Made by a program: the position numbers and the translations under genes. The notes beneath the pieces were generated by a model. The model was not told the origin of the DNA, made no database searches, and was given only the letters and a program-made list of their open reading frames with translations. A stretch of DNA of 38,393 nucleotides from Nemertoderma westbladi (taxonomy: Eukaryota; Animalia; Xenacoelomorpha), in assembly GCA_032718475.1 (NCBI GenBank), contig JAUCBJ010007744.1:1-38393 (forward strand), given 5' to 3'. Position 1 is the first letter of the stretch; each line of letters opens with the position of its first letter. Shown in pieces: positions 33,107 to 38,393 of this stretch.

Positions 33107-36004
33107 TTATGGTAGATTACGGAATGCTTTCAAGTATGAGGTCAAATCAACATCACGTAATAGAGTTTTAAAGGAACCTAGTGATGTAGCCTCAACTACA
33201 TAGGCCGGTAATCCGTTCCAAGGGTTGATTACTCTAAAGAAAAAGCTATTTTGTATTAAGCATGATGCCACATTTGGTTTAAATAACTTGTACTTATGTC
33301 CACGTGTTCTACAATTGTTACTAATGTTAAAGCGGTTGATTAAGTTAGGGACATCCACCAGACCAAGATCTTCGCGAATTATTTTGAAGGTCATAGTTAG
33401 ATCAAGTCGGAGACGGCGCAGTTCGAGTGATTCGAGACATAGAATACGAAGTCGTTCAAAGTATGGTGTCTTTGGATCAAGCGAACATCGATAAAACAAC
33501 CTTCGTGTAAACAATCTTTGAACTTTTTCGAGTTTATCGATGGAACCGAGATAACCCTCTTTACAAGTAGTTGATAGGAACGGATTCCAAACAGTAGTAG
33601 CATATTCCACAAGAGGTCGCGCAAAGGTCGTATAGGCTCTCAATAGTGCTTGGCGGTTATTGGTACAGAACATTTTAAAAATCACGCTAATAACATAGTA
33701 TGCCTTTTTACAAATAGCATTAATGTGGTTTTGAAATGACAATGATGAGTCAATAATTACACCCAGGTCGCGGCAATGATCAACTCGTGTCAATATGGTG
33801 GAATCAATATTGTAGTCAACGCGTTCAAAATTCTTAGTTCCAATATTTAATACTGTACATTTTTCGATAGCGATTGTCATTTGCCATGTATAACACCATT
33901 TTACAAAGTTTGTAAGAGATTCTGATAGAGCAATATGATTGTTATTGGGGCCATATAATTTATTATCATCCGCAAATAGTTTCATCTCAGCCGGTAGAAC
34001 ACAATTATCAGGGCAATCGTCTATAAAGCATATGAACTTTATTGGTCCTCCAACTGTTCCTTGTGGGATACTGCTGCCAGTGACGTCTTTATAGCTCGAA
34101 TATATCCCAGATACCTTAACACGTTGGGTACGGCCAGTCAGGAATGATTGAATCCAGGTTAATACTTTTCCTTTGATATTATAGCTATGTTCCAACTTAT
34201 ATAATAGTTTAGAATGCGATACTCTGTCAAAAGCTTTTGATAGATCTGTGCTAATGACGTCAATACCTGACCCAATTGCCAAAATATCAGTCCAATCGCC
34301 CATACACTCCAATAACTGTAGTTCAGTAGATCTTCCTTGGAGGAAACCAAATTGTTTACCATAAATCAAATTGTTGATACATAAATATTTTATTATTTGT
34401 CGCCACATTATTCGTTCAAAGGTACGACATACAACGGAGGTTATTGATATGGGTCTATAATTTGGTGGTTTACTTGCTTCACCCTTTTTAAATATTGGCG
34501 ATATATCAGCAGTGCGCCATTGTTGTGGAACTTCTCCTTTTACAAGGGAATTCATGAAAATAATACATAATGGAAGAGTAATTTCATGACATACCTTTTT
34601 TAATACACCAGATGGGATTCCGTCTGGGGTATCAGAATATGTATCTGGGAGGAGAGATAAAAGTTTTGTAATTGCATGGGGCGTTATATCTATATCTTGA
34701 ATTGAGATATCGGGGTTCGCGCGAGGTGTCATTGGAGGATTAATTCCATTGTCATATGTAAACACCGATGTGAATTGATCATTTAGGATTTCAGCTTTGC
34801 CTCTGGGGTCTGTAACTAATTCACCATTACTCGACATTAGTGCTGCAACACCAGATGGTATAGCGCGTTTAGAGTTAATATATTTGTAGAAGTCACTTGG
34901 TTTATCAGAGCTCAAAATCTTATCCTCCTTTTCGAAATCTAAGTTTTGTTTTGCAATTATAAATTGTTCACAACTTGCTCTATATTTCATTTTATTTGCT
35001 GTGGTGGGATTGTCGCGCCATTCCCTGTGTGATACAACTTTCTTCTTTACTAGTTTCTTTAATTCTTTAGGTTTCGGTTTTGTCTTATTAATATTGCATC
35101 TTTTTAGAGGGACAGTAGCATCAAATATAGAATATATAATCTCAATAAATGTGTCATACATAATCTGTAAATTTATACAATTTGAAAGGATTTCTGTCCA
35201 ATCGATTGCTTGTATCATTATTCTCATTTGGTCAAAATTTGCCTTTGCGAAATTACGTTTTGGAGGAAGGAGTTCACCACCGTCAAAAGGATTGAAGTTA
35301 CTCAGAAGGAATTGGAATGAACAATGATCACTCAGACCGAGTCCGGGCAGACTGCCAGCGGAGTATACTGATATGGGGTCAGTGACTAATAGAAGATCCA
35401 GGGTGTTATTTATTCTCTTTGGAAAATCAATCTTCTGGTCTAAGTTGTGTTCAAGAATAAACTCTTTTATTGCAGGATAGGGCCCATAAGTCGGGTAATA
35501 TCCTGTTATCCAATCAACGTCTGGGAAGTTGAAATCGCCAACCATAATAACACTGCGATTGCAGTCTAGTAGAATTGATAATTCCGATAACAACATTTTT
35601 GTCTCATCAGTTGTTGTACTAGGAGGTCGATAGACAACAATTATTCGGTAATTTTGTGATCCAGGACCATTTAGGTCGACTGAAAGCCACTCACAGTGTG
35701 GTGTGGATGGTTTCTTTTCAACTTTAACGGGATTGGTATTAATTTTACAGAATAATGCCACACCCCCATAGGCAGATGATTCCCTGTCACATCGATATAC
35801 CACGTAATTACTTCTATATTCCCCTAATAAAGCCGCTTCAGTATCACTGGATTCAAGGTGGGTTTCAGTAGCGGCTAACAAACTATATGTGTTTAGTTCA
35901 AGGTAACAATGAAATTCTGACAGTTTATTCCTTAGAGATTGAACATTTCCACACCAAAATTTATTATGTTTTTCAGTTTCAGATTTTGGATGGTTTTCAT
36001 GTAG
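33107..36004 (-). CDS. pol: LINE ORF2: APE endonuclease plus reverse transcriptase
   Basis: GNVQSL, TETHL, YRPP, GDFN, SDH; NYRPIS, QFGF, DLSKAFDRV, IPQG, LFADD; the frame is open from 36004, upstream of the ORF-track start. Confidence 0.95.
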   Translation of the reverse strand, partial: LHENHPKSETEKHNKFWCGNVQSLRNKLSEFHCYLELNTYSLLAATETHLESSDTEAALLGEYRSNYVVYRCDRESSAYGGVALFCKINTNPVKVEKKPSTPHCEWLSVDLNGPGSQNYRIIVVYRPPSTTTDETKMLLSELSILLDCNRSVIMVGDFNFPDVDWITGYYPTYGPYPAIKEFILEHNLDQKIDFPKRINNTLDLLLVTDPISVYSAGSLPGLGLSDHCSFQFLLSNFNPFDGGELLPPKRNFAKANFDQMRIMIQAIDWTEILSNCINLQIMYDTFIEIIYSIFDATVPLKRCNINKTKPKPKELKKLVKKKVVSHREWRDNPTTANKMKYRASCEQFIIAKQNLDFEKEDKILSSDKPSDFYKYINSKRAIPSGVAALMSSNGELVTDPRGKAEILNDQFTSVFTYDNGINPPMTPRANPDISIQDIDITPHAITKLLSLLPDTYSDTPDGIPSGVLKKVCHEITLPLCIIFMNSLVKGEVPQQWRTADISPIFKKGEASKPPNYRPISITSVVCRTFERIMWRQIIKYLCINNLIYGKQFGFLQGRSTELQLLECMGDWTDILAIGSGIDVISTDLSKAFDRVSHSKLLYKLEHSYNIKGKVLTWIQSFLTGRTQRVKVSGIYSSYKDVTGSSIPQGTVGGPIKFICFIDDCPDNCVLPAEMKLFADDNKLYGPNNNHIALSESLTNFVKWCYTWQMTIAIEKCTVLNIGTKNFERVDYNIDSTILTRVDHCRDLGVIIDSSLSFQNHINAICKKAYYVISVIFKMFCTNNRQALLRAYTTFARPLVEYATTVWNPFLSTTCKEGYLGSIDKLEKVQRLFTRRLFYRCSLDPKTPYFERLRILCLESLELRRLRLDLTMTFKIIREDLGLVDVPNLINRFNISNNCRTRGHKYKLFKPNVASCLIQNSFFFRVINPWNGLPAYVVEATSLGSFKTLLRDVDLTSYLKAFRNLP

Positions 36005-36316
36005 TCAATCGATCTGTTCTACAGGATCGACATTCATACTAGTTTTTGTTGAGTCAACTGGCATGGCCGGTGTATACCTTGTTCTACGAGATTGTTGTAG
36101 TTTTTGCGTCTTCCCATTTACAAGGCTTGTAATAGTTGACTTGTCGCGAACTGCATCATTGTAAATGACCCATGTTGTATCTGGTGATTCAGCCTGTTTT
36201 AATCTCCGAGTAACTCTGAGTTCGTATTGGTGTTTTTGTTCAGCAGGAGTAAGATCGCGTGATATGAAAACACCATGGAAGTTTTGAGATTCTCGTAGTT
36301 TACGAGCTGCTAATAA
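36005..36316 (-). pseudogene. LINE ORF1 C-terminal fragment
   Basis: LLAARKLRESQNFHGVFISRDLTPAEQKHQYELR...WVIY...EQID*, in the same frame as ORF2. Confidence 0.85.
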
Positions 36317-36766
36317 ATAGTTTATTTATCTATAAACATTAAATATACAAATTATCAGGCTAGCTAGTAATTATTTTCCAAATTAGCTATTATTTTTAAA
36401 GAATTCTTTGGAAATGTCAATAATATTTGTATCTTTAGAGCACTTTTTGTTTTCGTGACGTGGTATTTTATTTAATGAAAACAGTTAAAGTGAACCTACT
36501 ACTGTAAACATTAAAAAACATTCTAGAATAATAGTATTTAAATAATATAGTATTTAAAGGTAACAGATTAACATTTTAAGGTGTATTATTACGAATTATA
36601 AATTTTTTAAAAAATGTTCTAGAACAAAAAATATTTGTTCTAGAACATTTTTTATAGCTAATATAACATAGAACATAAAAATAAAATGTAGCAAAAACTA
36701 GCTACTACAAAAATTCCCGATCATGGGTACACGCACATACTGTAGTAGTGCCTCGCTCTCAATCCT

Positions 36767-38393
36767 TGATATTGATATTGATATTGATTTATTAGTGACG
36801 GGACACATAATAGATAATATTTAAGTTGGTATAGACCGTTAGCAACCATACAATTGTTATAGATACAGTACGAGGTATTTTTGTTATGAATTTAAATCAG
36901 TATGGTATGAAAAATATATGAACAGTACATCTTGCGCGAGTTATATCGATAAAATTGTAACTTAATGGGATAGCCACATGAGGCGGACCTCGTTTCCATG
37001 TGGGTCCCCGCTATGTAATAATGTTTTAGGTAAAATAGTCGGGGAAGTAATAAAATTAAATTTAGGACAACAGATTAGAATACACATGAACTACTAATAT
37101 GATTGTATAATTGTTGGGGAAGCAATAAAAATTAAATTCAAGACTACAAATAAAAATACACAAATAAAATGGTCAGTGCTTTAATCTAAAAATGGTTATA
37201 GATGGGATAATTTAAAATTTGTTACTTAAAATTTTTCTGTCAATTTACTGTCAAAAATTCTGTCAAGTATTTAGATAAATAAAGGTAGAAAAACAAACTT
37301 AGTAAAAGAACTGCGATGCATGTTTATGAATTAAGTGGGTTAATAGTGTGCAAGTAATTGTGATTCATGCGTCGGTTAGAGTATTTAAGTAATGGCGTTT
37401 TACTTGGTGTTTAAAAGACTCTAGTGTCGTTGCCTCTGTTACACAGTTCGGTAGGGCGTTCCAGAACGCTGGGCCTCGATAGTCGAATGAGTTCTGTGCG
37501 AATTTAGTATTCTTATGGGGGATCGATGCTTTTGTTCTCGGGGTTCGTGTTGATCGCGTGTTTTTATTGAAGTTAACCATATCTTGGATGTAACTCGGTG
37601 AGGTTCCGCGCTGGGTCTTGTACATAAGAGTTACCAGATTTTGTTGCACTCGATATTCTATTGGTAGCCAGTTTATGGTTTTGTAGTGCGATGGATAGAT
37701 GTGGCTGCGGTCCTCTAAAGATAAGCAATATCGAATGCACTTCCGCTGCAGTGCCTCAAGCTTGTTGCGCCAGATTGAGCTGATTGAGTAGAACCAGACA
37801 GCAGCAGCATAGTCCATGAGTGGCTGTATCAGCGCGTTACATAGTAGGCGACGTAGGTTGTAGTCTAGTACCCCGGAGAATCGGTAAAGAAATTTTAATC
37901 TAGAATTCCCTTTCTTGACTATCGCGGTGATCATAGACTCTCCGTTCATTGATTGGTCTAGTTTGCAACCCAGGTATGTGACAACAGTTCGGTTCGATAT
38001 GGGTTTCCCGTTACAAGTGACTGCTAGTGGTGCACTGGACGCCAAACGTTGGTTCGTTCCAAACAAGATGGTTTCTGTCTTGCCTAAGTGTAGCGTGAGT
38101 CGATTGTCTATGAGCCAAGACTGGGTGTTTTCGAGATTTCGTGTAAGCGTTTGGGAAATTGTCTCGGCATCTTCTTCTGAAGCTACGTGAGCGAGATCGT
38201 CTGCAAACTTTGGCGTCGGACAGTCTACCGCCTGATCGGAGTCGTTTATTTGCGACAGGAATAACAATACCGGAAGGATCCCGCCCTGGGGTAAGCCATC
38301 GTCGAGTGGAAGTTCGTCGGAGGATGTACCCTGGATACTCACAACCTGGCTGCGTTTCGATAGATATGATTTAAACCAGTTGACTGATGAATT
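36767..38393 (-). mobile_element. Crack/Daphne (L2-group)-like LINE 3' portion, running off the window
   Basis: RT C-terminal ORF, 3'UTR stem-loop at 36967-37009, AATAAA followed by a (TCAATA)n tail at 36767-36794. Confidence 0.85.
37365..38393 (-). CDS. pol: LINE reverse transcriptase, C-terminal part
   Basis: GLPQGGIL, FADD, WLIDNRLTLHLGKTE, YLG, RGPAFWNALP. Confidence 0.92.
   Translation of the reverse strand, partial: NSSVNWFKSYLSKRSQVVSIQGTSSDELPLDDGLPQGGILPVLLFLSQINDSDQAVDCPTPKFADDLAHVASEEDAETISQTLTRNLENTQSWLIDNRLTLHLGKTETILFGTNQRLASSAPLAVTCNGKPISNRTVVTYLGCKLDQSMNGESMITAIVKKGNSRLKFLYRFSGVLDYNLRRLLCNALIQPLMDYAAAVWFYSISSIWRNKLEALQRKCIRYCLSLEDRSHIYPSHYKTINWLPIEYRVQQNLVTLMYKTQRGTSPSYIQDMVNFNKNTRSTRTPRTKASIPHKNTKFAQNSFDYRGPAFWNALPNCVTEATTLESFKHQVKRHYLNTLTDA

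Larger units (their letters stand above)
32304..36320 (-). mobile_element. CR1-clade LINE, 5'-truncated within ORF1
   Basis: ORF1 C-terminus (AARKL...VFISRDLTPAEQ), intact ORF2, AT-rich 3'UTR, AATAAA followed by a (TTTCCA)3 tail. Confidence 0.9.

Overview
AT-rich animal (probably invertebrate) genomic DNA made up almost entirely of mobile elements around one probable host gene. The gene is a minus-strand, two-exon C2H2 zinc-finger gene (exons 11761-11002 and 7195-6618) whose intron contains LINE and Penelope-like debris. About 150 bp upstream of its ATG sits a 17-kb nest of insertions. An outer MULE-like element (11911-29100, 9-bp TSD) holds a MULE-like MITE (12010-25556, 9-bp TSD), which holds a very young 12.5-kb Bel/Pao LTR retrotransposon (12042-24562; 1175-bp LTRs with one difference found; 5-bp TSD GCATT). 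The outer element also holds a third TIR element containing a fourth. The Bel/Pao element is unusual in four ways. (1) It is non-autonomous: Gag and protease are intact but RT, most of RNase H and integrase are missing. (2) It carries a non-env 376-aa orphan ORF. (3) That ORF is preceded by a long G-U-rich RNA hairpin. (4) It has no tRNA-type PBS; the 12 nt right after the 5' LTR are the exact reverse complement of a 12-mer inside its own LTR, the geometry of Tf1-style self-priming. The right part holds a hAT-like MITE and three LINEs, one with ORF1 and ORF2 in frame across a UGA-CUA readthrough context. All calls are from manual reading; no searches or folding programs were run.
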